Positions 12,508 through 38,541 of a DNA stretch of 64,000 bases are shown piece by piece. Location of the stretch: the NCBI RefSeq assembly GCF_009834535.1, contig NC_045696.1:1488001-1552000 (forward strand), written 5' to 3'. Every line of letters begins with the position of its first letter. The stretch's first letter is position 1. This stretch comes from Camelus ferus. Taxonomy: Eukaryota. Both the position numbers and the translations under genes were made by a program. The notes beneath the pieces are model-generated. The model worked only from the letters and a program-made list of their open reading frames with translations. It had not been told where the DNA came from and did not search any database.

Positions 12508-13251
12508 TGTAGTAGTCAGCATTCTCCAGAAAGACAGAACCAACAGGACGTGCGTGTGTGTGTGTGTGTATACACAGACTTATTTTGAGCAATTGACTTA
12601 TGTGATCAGGGAGGCTGGCAAGTCCAAAACCTGCAGGGCAGGCTGGAGACCCAGGAAGAGTTGATGTTGCAGCCTGAGTCTGCAGGCCGTCTGGGGGCAG
12701 AATTCCTTCCTTCTCAGGAGACCTCAGTCTGTTTTCTCTTATGGTCTTCAACTGATTAGATGAGGCTCACCCACATTTTGGAGGCAATGTGCTCTTCTCA
12801 AAGTCTTTTTTTTTTTTTGAGGCTAGCTGTGCTCCTTTATTTAACTTATTTTTTAATTGAAGTATAATTGGTTCACAATGTTGTGCTGATTTCTGTTGTA
12901 CAGCATGGTGATTTGGTTACACACACACTTATATATTTCCTTTTCATATTCTTTTTCATTATAGGATATTATAAAGCATTGTGCTATACAGCAGGATTCT
13001 GTTGGGGTTTTTTGTTTGTTTGTTTGTTTTAATATGAATGGTTTCAATATAGGACCCTGTTGTTTATCCATTTCATATATACCAGTTAGTATCTGCAAAT
13101 CCCAAACTCCCAGTTCATCCTTCAAAGTCTATTTTGATTTAATGGCAATCTCGTCTAAGAAGTACCTTTGCAGCAACATCCAGACCAGAGTTTGAGCAGA
13201 TATCTGGGTACTGTGGCCTAGCTGAGTTGCCACATGAGTTTCACCATCACG
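12508..13251 (-). mobile_element. MLT2 (ERVL) LTR, split by a later L1 insertion
   Basis: tagtcagcattctccagaaagacagaacc...ggaggctggcaagtccaaaacctgcagggcaggctggagacccagg...; resumes after 13130 and ends caccatcac. Confidence 0.8.
12807..13121 (-). mobile_element. 5'-truncated L1 3' end inserted into MLT2
   Basis: Poly(T) followed by ttttaattgaagtataattggttcacaatgttgtg...; perfect TSD tcaaagtct at 12798-12806 and 13122-13130. Confidence 0.85.
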
Positions 13252-14519
13252 GCCCACTTGGCTCTCTGTGACAAGGGAGGGAGCTGAGGCCCAGAAGGTG
13301 AAGTGACCCGTCCACAGTCCCTGGGCAGCTGGGCGTGAACGTGAGGGCATCAGCCCTGGAGTCAGGCTGACGTGGCCCCAGCCCCGGCATCTCTCTCTGT
13401 GGCCTGGGCCCGAGGTGGACCCTCTCAGAGCCAGCCCTAGGACTGGGGAGCAGGTTTGTCCACCCCCATGGCGGCTGCGGATGGGCTGACGCCGTGACGC
13501 AGAGTGCGGCCAGGCCTGTGGGGTGGCTGCTGTGGCAATGCCCAGCCCCGGACCTCTGGCACCTAGAGACTTGAGTGGCTGTCTGGCAGGAACCACTGTC
13601 CTCTGGCCGAAGCTCCCCATGAAGATCGGCCATGTCTGCTGTCACCCCACCACTGTGTTCAGGCCCCCACAGCCACCGGCCTCTGGCCAGGAGATGTCAC
13701 AGAGCAAATCTCACCCCCTTTCCCCTCGGCACAAGGTGTGGGCCCGGGGGTCCTGGATGCTTTGATCTGGCCAGTCTGAGATGCAGGGAGCTCTGCACAC
13801 ACGTGGCCTGTTGCCTCTGCTCTGGAAGCTTCCAGGGAGGGGGTCCTCAGGGGGTGTTGCCACTGGGCTGTGACTGAAGTCGTCCCGAGGAGTCCCTGGC
13901 TGGCTGAGGAGCTCAGGTCAGGGGCCGAGGCCAGCCTCCTTGTTACAAAGCTGGGGATCCTGCCTGACGGGCCTTGGGGAGAGCGGGCCACCCAGTGCCT
14001 CCCTGAGCGCAGGCACGTGCTCCCTCCTGGTGCTCCAGGGGCTGGAGGTGCTCAGAGGCAGCCCCACGGGAGCAGCGCTTCCCGCCAACTCCCTTTTAAA
14101 TCGCCTGGATGTGGCCCTGCGGTGTCATCTGCAGAGGTGGGGCCTTCCCATGTCCGGGAAATTCGGGGGGAAGGACGGGTCGGGGTGCTACAAGGTCTGG
14201 CTTGGTAGAGGCCGGAGCCCTAGAATCCAGGAGAGCAGGGCCCGGGGAGGAGACAGACAGGCCCTCGTTCCCTGAGCTAACGAGTGACTGGATGGCTGAC
14301 GAGCAGGCGTCTCAGCCGGGAGTGACTGTCCTCAGAGATGTCACCAGTAAGAGAGGAAAAACTGACCGCTTTGAGAATCTAGAGAAACTTGAGAGCAATT
14401 CATCAACCACCACGGAATTCCGGTTTTCTTAAATGTATGATTAAACCAAACATCATTGTAGATGTTTATTGTATAAGATTTGGAAAATGCGAACAGCACT
14501 AACGAAGAAAATTGAAAAC

Positions 14520-15210
14520 CCCGTGTGATTCCTCCGCCCGGACGCAGCAGGGCCCCTCGGCTTATTCACGTTTGCTCCGTTCCCTCACACTGACTCCTTA
14601 CCGTGAAGGTGGGGCCGCCCTGGGCGGCCGTCCACGCGTTTCCGTGCGGGGCGGGACCTACCGCGTGCACGCCGGAGGCACTGAAGGCGCGCTCCGGGCG
14701 ACAGCCGGGCTGCAGTCCGGTCATCCGCCTGGGCGCCCGGTGACCCGCCGGGGCGGCCTCTCAAATGCGCCTGGCCCGTGGGGCGCGGGCTTTTGTGACT
14801 GACTCTGAGACCCTGGAGGCGAAGGTCGCTCGCCGCCTTCCGCACGAGACAGACAGCCAACCTCTCCATCCAGTCCGTTTTTCACGCACAAAATTAGTTT
14901 TGAGTCTGTTTTCTCAGCATTTTCTCCTTTCGTTTTTATGCTCCGGGTTCCTTACTCTGAGATACCCATTCTTCTATCCCTTTTATCCTTTCATTTCCGA
15001 AAACTGAATTTCCATGGCCCCGGCATGGAGAGGGCGCGGCCCTGGCCTTCCCAACGGCCGCCGAGCACCAGGGCCGGGGTCACCCGACGCTGCCCCGAGC
15101 CTCTCGACGCCTTTTGCAGGCCAGGAGGCAGCGCGCTGCGGCCGCCTCAAGGCTCCCCGGTGGCTCTGCCGCGCTCCGTCCCAGGCTACCTGCCTCGTTG
15201 CTGCTTTCCC
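14520..15210. promoter_or_regulatory. Intronic CpG-island-like segment in ITGB2 intron 1
   Basis: Abrupt CpG-dense stretch flanked by AT-rich L1-like sequence. Confidence 0.5.
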
Positions 15211-18200
15211 TGAGAAACAGGGTGGGTTTTTTAAATTTAATACAATTCTTACTTTCATTGTTTTATTGAAGTTTAGTCAGTTACAGTGTGTCAGTTCCTG
15301 GCGTGAGACACAGGTTTTGATGCGTTTATCAGCAGTAGCTTTCTGTTTGTTTTCTGATTCGTCAACTTCTGCCATTGTCCGTCTGTTTCCTGTGTCCTTT
15401 ACCTTATTTCCTTCGCCCCGTGGCTCTTTGTCTCGTCCTGAACCCTCCATCTGCGCCGGTAGCATCACTCTTCCCGTCCACCGCGGAAGACTTTAGGGCA
15501 TCAGTCTTCTGTCTCCACCTGGAGCAGAGGTTTTCTTCACGCTGAGCAGAGAGTGAGGTGCTGTCTCCTTTCTAAAGTGTCTGTAAGTATTTTGATTTCC
15601 TCTTGGACTTAATGGGTGTTTTGCAAAGTGTTTTAAAATTTCTAGTTGGGGGGCGGGGCATGCGTCTCATTGATTCCACTTCCTCAGAAACCGTGGCCCT
15701 AAAAGTTCTGCCACCAGACCCCACGGACGGCGAGCAGTGGTGCTCACGGGAAGGGGGTTTTGCAGGGCCGCGAGCGTGCAGGCTCAGACAACGTGCAGGG
15801 TGCATCCTCCTCTGTCCTCTCTGCTCTCCTCGGCCCCCGGGTCTGTCTGGAAACTCTGGGACCCGGGAGTGGGGTGTTCCAGCCCCCCAAAACCAGCTTC
15901 TGTCCAATTCTTTCATGTCTTTACACAAAGCAGGAACGACCACATCTTGCTGCTCTGTCTTTTGGTTTTAAAAGGTTGATTTCTACTTTAGCTCCATTGT
16001 AAACGCTGGCTTTTTTCTACATGAAACAGCCTTGAGTCCTTCACTCCTGGGATGAGTACCTGACCCCGCCTTCCCTTCAGTCCCCTGTCGCTTGCTGGCC
16101 GTGCCTCCTGTGAGCCTGCACCAGAAGGGCTGAGGACCTGAGCCTGGGCAGCCACGGGCAGGCTCTGGTGCAAATCCCGATGGTCAGTGGGGCCTCGTCT
16201 GAGGGTCTGCACTCTGGCAAAGCCTCGTCTCCGACCAGCCTGACCCAATGCCAGCTGACCCTGGGTCAGACACCCAGCGTCCCCCACCTCTTGTTCAGAC
16301 TTATCTTTTTAATATTTCCTCTTTTTCTTCTATCTTTTACCAAATATGGACCGTGGTTTTTCTGGCGTTTGGAAGGAACACATCCCATTTTCTACTGCTG
16401 CTCCTGAGTCTGGGACCTTGGCGTTCAGAGCTCCAATCAGCACAAAGGGTGATGCCCTCAGGACGTGGGGAGGGGCACCCGAGGTCTCAGAGAAGCCGCC
16501 AGGAGGGGGTGACAAGCCACTTCCTGCACTTCAGCTCCGTCGCACCAGCGCTCCCCTACCGAGAAGGGCCAAGTTCAAGGGCAGCTCTGATGAAAGTCCT
16601 CAGGGGCCGGTGGGGCCCTGGGTTTCTCAAGCCACCTTACACTTGGGGCTCTGCACCCTGAGTCCAGGTGAGGGGCCCATGCATAGATGCGGGGACACGG
16701 CACCTGGGGGCTCCGCAGGACCAGGCTCTCCTCCCTGCTCTCGGGCTGGCCTCCTTGCTGAGTCGAGGGCCGGCGCGGGCCGAGCTACATGGCCTGTCCT
16801 CCAAGCCCGTCCTTCCCCAGAGCTGGGGGAGGCCCGCGAGCCCCTCCAGGCACACAGAGGCAGCCTGTGGCCCGGGCACGGCCACTGCCCCGCGCTGTCT
16901 GGGAGCCAGGCCCCAGGACAGCCCCTGGGTGCCCAGGTCTGAGAGGCTCCGCCATGCTGGTTTCAGACCAGGCCCCAGGCCCCGAGGGCCAGTCCCGGCT
17001 GCCAGGCTCGTCCACTGCGCCCCTGCCCACTGGGGGCCCCACTCACCGTGGCCAAGGGCAGGGCTGGCCTCCAGGCTCCGTGTCTCGGGCTCCCGTCTGC
17101 CCACCTTCGGAGCTCCGAGAGCTGCCGTGCCCGGGCGTCCTGCCCCCGAGGGGCAGTGGGCACACGGGGCTGGGGTGGGGCCGTCCCAGTGCTGAAGTGA
17201 GGAGCGAGGAGCAACGCTGGGGTGGGCAGCCTATCCCCCGCCCCCACTGCCTGCGGGGCCTCCTGCCCTCCTGCCCCAACCGAGGTGCACCCTCCTCTGC
17301 GTGGGAGGTGCGCCATGTGTGACGGGCCCCAGTCCACGTCCTGCTGCCGCCTGGGGACACCCCCACGCCAGGACCCGGGAGTTCACATGCTGGTTGTCGT
17401 GACCGTCTGGGGTCGGTGGCTACAGGGGAGTGTGTAGAGCTGTGTATGTCGGGCCTCCCCCAGAACTGGGCCAAGTGCACAGGTGAGGCGCTTGGGGTGG
17501 AGGCTCCCCACCTTCTACTCAGAGCCACCTCTGCCTCAGAGGTGGGGGTGCTGCCCTGGGCATCTGGACCAGGCATGGGGGGCAGTGCCAGGGCAGCCGA
17601 GGGGTCGGTGGGCGCACAGGGCCCCACAGGCAGTCAAGCTGCAGAATCTGGGGGCCCCTCAGCCTGAGCCCCGTGCCCCCGCTGTGGGGAAACCCAGGGC
17701 TTTCACAAATGGGGAGGCTTGGAGTGAACTGAAACCGCCTCCCCTGCTCCCACTCTGCGACCCCGGAAGTCAGGGCAGGGTGTAACTTCTGCTTTTGGCC
17801 CCAACAGGAAGGGCCCAGGGTTCTATTTTGACACTTCTAGCTCCTGATTATAATCTTGGTGGGAACCCAGGAGCAAGGTCACCTCCAAAAAGTCAGAAAC
17901 TGGGGCTGGACAGGGCCTCTAAGCACTGGGACCCTGCCATGGGAGCCCCGGAGGTCCTCCTCCAGCCAGAGCCCCAGGTACAGATGCAGGGGTTACAGGA
18001 GAGCAGAGGCGAGGGCAAGACCCGCCTCCAGGCTCACCCAGGGCCGGCAGGCCACAGCAGGGGCCATGTGGTCCTCCACACAGACAGGCCTGGGATGGAG
18101 CCACTGCTGGTCCCAGGGCTGCCCGCCCAGATTTGGAACCCTGAGGCCACCCTGTTGGCCCACCAGCATCAGGGAGGGCGATGGGGAGAGGAGCTGGCAC

Positions 18201-18747
18201 TCGAATTACACTCAGGGTGAGCTGTGTTGATCTTGGTTTCTGATAAAACACACCCCTTCCTGCCTGCTACCTCCTGTCTGCTGGCTTCTCAGCACCCTCT
18301 CCACCCTCTTGGTGTCAGATAAAAAGGCTACAGCCCTACATGGTTCTCAAACCCGGTCGCCCAGGAGCCCTGCCACCCGTCCGGGGAGCTGATCTGCAGG
18401 AGGTTTGCTGCTTTGGGCCCAGCCTGGGTCCCTCGGGGCATCCTCTCCACGAGGGTGGAGCCGCCCTCACTGGCTCCTGCGCAGCGGGCAGCCGGTTTGA
18501 AGGTGCTGCCACTGCCTCCAAGGACCAGAACCAGAACCAGGATGCCAGGCTTCCAGTCCTGCCCTGTGATCTTGCCTCTGGGAATAACAGGGCCGGTCAG
18601 TGATGGCAAAATGCCCTGTCCCCTCCCCCAACCGGGCTCCAGGCACTGGATTGTTAAGGACGGCAGGTGTCAAATAAGAAAATGAAACAGTGGCTGCCTA
18701 GAGCTGGTGGCCTGGGACGAGGAGGGCGGTGGCTCTGCAAACCCTTC

Positions 18748-19392
18748 TGCCGGCCAGCCCAAGCTCCTGTGCTCGCAGCTAACCAGAGCATCGGGGTTCG
18801 CAGCAGAGAAAGGTGTATTGCAGGCCCAGGGAAGGAGAACTGGCGGCTCACGATCAAAGACCCGGGCTCCCCTCCCCGGCGGGGTTCAGAGGAGGGCTTC
18901 TAAGGCAAAGGGGGAGGGGGGCCAGAGGCGTGCGACCAGCCCACGCACAGTTCTGGCTGGCTGACGGGGGTCCCAGGGCAGCATCCGAGGGGCTGAACCG
19001 TGCATCCTCGGGCTCCAGGAGGTCTGGGGGCTGCGTGCTCATGGTCGTCGTGCAGTTAGCTTCTTCCACGTGGCGGGGTTTTAGCGTCTGTGAGCCGCTC
19101 GGGAGTGTGTGTCAGACACTGTTACATAGGCACCTTAGGGAGGAGCTAAAGGTTCTGTGACTGCCACGTGGCTGATCTATTGTTTAAATTGTCACCAGTG
19201 CTTCCGGCCCAGCTGCGACTTTTGTCACTACATGTTCACATCCCTTTAATCATTAATTCTTTAGCCAGGTTTTTGTGACTCAGGGGAGGCCTGGGGCGTA
19301 CAGTTTTCCTACTAACAAGAGGCAGGCAGAGGACATGGGGTGGTGGGGGGTGTCTCTCCTGAGAAGGCCCCATAAGGGCCTGCTTGGGTACA
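18748..19392 (-). mobile_element. Solo ERV LTR (ERV1-like), 645 bp
   Basis: TG...CA termini with 4-bp TSD cttc (18744-18747, 19393-19396); LTR-like end gaaggccccataagggcctgcttgggtaca; orientation inferred from AATACA on - strand at 18814-18819. Confidence 0.7.
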
Positions 19393-19879
19393 CTTCCTCA
19401 CCCGGCCTGCAGGACGCCCAGGGGCCAGCTGGCACAGTCCTGGTGCCGGAAAGTGCTCCGAGTTCGCATCTGCTCCTAGTTCTGGTTCTGCCTCCTGCCA
19501 GGAGGCCTGGGCCAACCGAGTCTCTCCTCTAAGCTCAGCTCAATTCACTGAGGACTCAGGGCCACGAAGGCCACGCAAGGCCCTGGCCCAGAGCATGCGG
19601 CGCCATGTGAGAGCCTGTGTGTGTGTGTGGTGTGTGTGGTGGGCGTGTGCACCTGTGTATCACTGGCAAGAGGCCAGCTCCCTGCTCATCCTAGGAGGCC
19701 GGGGGGCTCAGCGTTTAGGCCTCCTCCCCTGCAGGTGGAAAAGCCCCGTGGTAGGACAGTTGGGGAGGCAGATCCCACCCCATGCTAAGTGCCCCACAGC
19801 AGCAGGGACGGGCTCTGTGTCTCCCGGCCCAGAGCCTGGGGCCAGAGGCCCTGTCACCAAGCCCCTTCCTCCACAGGAC

Positions 19880-34414
<14,535 letters not shown>

Positions 34415-34842
34415 GGGTGCTTGGTGAAGAGTGAAGACAAGGCCTTCTCAACTGCCCGGATGGGACTATCCCCAAGCCACATCTCCTGCAGCAGGCTGAT
34501 CGCAACCCCGCCCAGTGGACACAGCTGACAACGCTTGACAACTTCACCATTAACAAAAAATCCACTGTTCCTTCTGCCCTCAAAATGACAGATATGGCCG
34601 GATGATTGTGTGGACCCATCAGAAGGGACAGCCTCCTCCCTCTGATACGCGTGACTTTTTATAGCACCTTGAAAAAGGAATTGCTTGCGTCTTACGAGGT
34701 TAGACACGTGTTTTCCTTTGTAAAAATTAGCACAGCAGTCTGATGGAAGGTAGTGCAGATTTATTTATATGTGAGCTCATCAGAGTATGAAATGACATCC
34801 CATTGATCATGCTGTCTCCAGTCTCGTGTACAGAAACAAGTT

Positions 34843-34848
34843 AATAAA
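34843..34848 (+). terminator. ITGB2: ITGB2 polyadenylation signal AATAAA
   Basis: First canonical hexamer, ~430 nt after the stop codon. Confidence 0.8.
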
Positions 34849-35569
34849 ACTTTCACACATGCGTCCGTGGGAGCTGGGCCCTGCGCCCCACCCCTGCTTG
34901 TCACACACTCAGAGGGTCTGCGTGGACTTTGGGCTATGGCATAGTGTTCTCCTTCCTCCTTCCTCCCCTGTTTCCCGTGCAAGGCCCTCTCTGTCCCTGT
35001 CCTTGCCCCACATCCCAGCAGCTTGCAGAATGGGGGTGGGGGGAAACAGGAGTGGCGGGGCAGTCCCACCACAGGGGTCCTGCTGCCGAGCCTGAACAGG
35101 GAAGATGGAAAGTGGGTGTCTGTCACCCTCTCAGCTGTCTACACCTGCTCTTGGGTACTGGGTGGAAGAGTTTAAAGTGAGTTTCTCACGTGCTGTTTCC
35201 TGGGGTGACCTGGAGGTCATGGTGACCAGGTGCCGCCCAGTCTTGTGTGATGCATGGTGGGGTCCCAGCGAGGTCACTAAGACACATGAGTGTCCGCCGA
35301 CCTCAGCAGGCTCAGTTTGGGCCCGGGTCCAGGTGCGGCCAGCGAGGGCCTGTCAGGGTGGGGAGGGCCGGGGCCCCCAAGGAAAGGGCCGTATCCTGGT
35401 GTTGAACGCCCCCTGCAGCCCTACCAGCGCCGCCGTTCCTGCATGTTACCGACCTGAGGGGCGGGTAGGTATGAGTGCAGGGCGCCAGTTTGTGGATCTA
35501 TATTCACGAGCATAGAGACACTTTCAGGTGATATTTGCCCTTATTTTTTCCCTAAAGTATACAATTCTT

Positions 35570-35657
35570 CTTCTTAATGGAGGTACCGAGGATTGAACCC
35601 AGGACCTCATGCATGCTAAGCACACACTCTATCACTGAGCTGTACCCTCCCCTCCCC
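35570..35657 (-). mobile_element. tRNA-Ala-derived camelid SINE (short-tailed copy)
   Basis: aatggaggtaccgaggattgaacccaggacctcatgcatgctaagcac...ccctcccc; possible TSD aattctt. Confidence 0.85.
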
Positions 35658-37242
35658 AAATAATTCTTTATTAAATTCCCAGCATAAGTCTTGATTTAAA
35701 AACGTGGATTCATTCCAAAAGCACATACGGAGGACCCCTCGTGCCGGTCACTGAGAAAACGGTGGGCAAAAGCTTACACGTTCGCTGCCATCGCGGACAC
35801 ACACAGAAGGGCCACCGCGCCGCCAGTGTAAAACTATAAATGATGTGCACTGGGAAGGAGAGCACGGGATCCGGAACTTAGAGCAAGATTCACAGACAGT
35901 ACCCCTCGCCCACGACTGCTCAGTTGCTAAGAACCCTCACTGCTGATCGTTCCCCTGAGGAGGGTGCTCTGTCTCCCACTCAGGCTGGCCTCCCCACTGC
36001 CCCACCCGCTCACAGCTGCTCTGGCATCAGCACGCTCTCCTGTCTCACCATGTGTCTCAGAGGCTTCAGTGCAGCTTCTCATCCCACCTAAGGGCTCTTA
36101 TGCCTCTCTGTCCGTCCATCCATCCTTCCATCCGCCAAAAGCCCACAGGCGCTCCCAGCCCCACCACCCCACCACTCTAGCACCACCTAGCATCTCATTT
36201 CTGACCTGTTCGAAAACCACCAAATTTGAAACAGAATAGCCAAAGATTAACCTCTGACCAAATTAGCAGCGCCCCTTCCATGCCTAGGAAAAGAAACAGG
36301 CTTTATTTGATCTTTCCAAGATGGGACAAAACGGAATCGCTTTCAGACATCACTGGGCCGCAGGTCATCCCGTCTTCCCAGCCAGTAAATGTTGGTGGCT
36401 CTGCACGTGAGGTCTTGACCCTCCCGTCTGGACCCCGGGCAGGCCAGCGCATCGTCACGTGTGGTCTGCACGCAGAAGGTCCCCCCACCGTGTCCCACAG
36501 GTATGCCCAAGGAAGTCTGGCTCCTTCCCCCAGACGGCTCCATCACCTGCGGTCCCCTGGGTGTGGTCCCCTAGGTCTTTCTCCTGCATCCACGTCTACC
36601 CACTCAGCGGTAATCATATTCCCTCTCTTACAGCTGGGGGTGGAGTTCTCTCATGATGCCTGGGCCCCCCAGTCCCCAGACCTCCAGCTGGGGAGCATGC
36701 CTCCCGCTCCAGCAGCCCGAGCCCGTGGACTGGAAGAAACGTCACAAGCTGTACCCACCAGCTCGAGCAGTGTTCTCATTCACCTCCTGTTTTAAAGGCA
36801 GGTTTTGAGACTCGATTAGGGTCAAAATCCTCCATCACTTACCTACGCCACTCAGTGGCTTTTGTTTCTAGGCTGCAGGTGCATTTCAGGGAGCTAACAC
36901 GCAGCTGGTGTGTTTTAGCCTATTTTAATGAAGCCTCCATTGGGTACCATCATGTACTTCAGCAGTTTCTCCTTCACCAGCTCAGTCCGAGTGCCCACAT
37001 GACCTGCTAAGTCCACCAGTCAGGTGGGCCCTCACCGTCCCTTAGCCCCCTGCCCCAGAACTGCTGGGCAGGCGGTGGAGTGAGCTCCACTTTCAGTGCT
37101 GTAAACAACACTGGGCTTTATGAAGCCTGCACACAGCCCAGACCCAGAATTCAGGACAGAGCTCCCGCACAAGCAGGGGGCACACGTTGGAGGGGGAAGG
37201 GAGGCATCAGAATGACGTGGGAGAGCTGTTGGCAGCCAGATC

Positions 37243-37330
37243 CCAGTGACCAGCAATCCGGGTTGGCCTGGGACATCCTGGTTTTACCCTTGAAGTCCCT
37301 TATCCTGGGGAGTCCTGCAGTCTGGGCAAA
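37243..37330. mobile_element. Short hAT-type MITE relic (MER96-like)
   Basis: Imperfect terminal inverted repeats: gtgaccagcaatccgggttggcctggga ... tctgggcaaatctggacaatgggccac. Confidence 0.4.
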
Positions 37331-38040
37331 TCTGGACAATGGGCCACCTCTGGTATAGGCGGTTTTCCCACAAAAGCATGCGATTAACTCAATTCTCCGA
37401 GGACACTGACTGGACATCCCACAAATTTAACTCAATTCTGACACTATCTACCTGGCGATCTTACAGATTGAGGGCTTAGTCCCACAAGACACCCCCATCC
37501 CTCAGGCGCCAGTCACAATACCAGGTTGTCACCGTGCTTCTGACAGACCAGCTATAGATCAGACTCCATTAACTTGCTAGAGCGGCTCACAACTGGAAAA
37601 CAGTTTACTCACTAGATTACTGGTTTATTTTATAATAAATGAATAGCCAGATGAAGAGGTGCACAGGGCAGGTTGTGGGGAAGGGGCATAAGCTTCCAGG
37701 CCGTCTGAGCCCACTCTCCTCACATCTGGGAGCTCCCTGAAGCCTGTCCTTTCGGGGTTTCATGGAGGCTCCATTACCAGGCATGACTGATGAATTCCCT
37801 CCAGCCCCTCTCCTCGCCCGGGAGGTGGGGGTGCAGAGGGCACTGACAGTGCCCCTGGCCACCAGCCCCCGTCCACAGCTGGTTTCCAAAGGTCACTTGT
37901 GAACAGACTCAGACATGGTTGAAGGGTTTGTTACGAATAACAAAGACACACCTTTATCACTCAGCACTCAGGAAATTCCAAGGGTTTAGGGACTCTGCTC
38001 CGGGAGTGGATGCAGACCATCACTATGGCACAGTATCACA
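37331..38040. mobile_element. MER21-like LTR
   Basis: aatttaactcaattctgacactatctacctgg, ttaacttgctagagcggctcaca, ggggtttcatggaggctccattac resemble MER21 motifs. Confidence 0.7.
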
Positions 38041-38357
38041 CCCTCAGCCCCTGCAGACCCACGGACGGGCACATGTGGAAGGCACTGGCTTTGGGCCCCT
38101 ACTCTTAGTTTAAATTCTAACTGCATGAGGGCTTCTTGCTGTGTGGGACTTAGAACACTTCACCTGCCCACGCTGTAAGCACTTCCCAGCTCAGGTCTCA
38201 GCCAGCTGCGGCCTGGGGAACCCTAAACAAACCGCACCCACCAGGCGCTGACTTCACGGCTAGCACTAGCACGAGTGCCACACAGGCATGCCGGCCTTGC
38301 TGCTTCTAGATGTGCCTCTGGTGACGTCGGCTGGGGTTGAGACCTGCTGGACCAGAG

Positions 38358-38541
38358 CCACGCTTCTCAAAGGCTGGTTGAGACCACAGGCTCAGCTTCA
38401 CCGCGGATCTCTTAGACGCAGAGCTGGGCCTGGGCCCGGGCCTGCTGGGTCAGAGGCTCTGGGGACGACTTGGGTCTAGCAATCCCAGTTTTGACAGGGC
38501 CTCCAGGTGCTTCTGATGTACCCGATACTTTGAGAACTGCT
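38358..38541. mobile_element. MER5-type DNA transposon relic
   Basis: cttctcaaag...actttgagaactgc inverted termini; ctccaggtgcttctgatg internal motif. Confidence 0.6.

Noticed and set aside
19595..19879. Upstream in-frame ATG that would extend CD18 by 95 aa
   Set aside because: It lies in intron 1 before a good acceptor at 19876, runs through a GT-repeat and would bury the signal peptide
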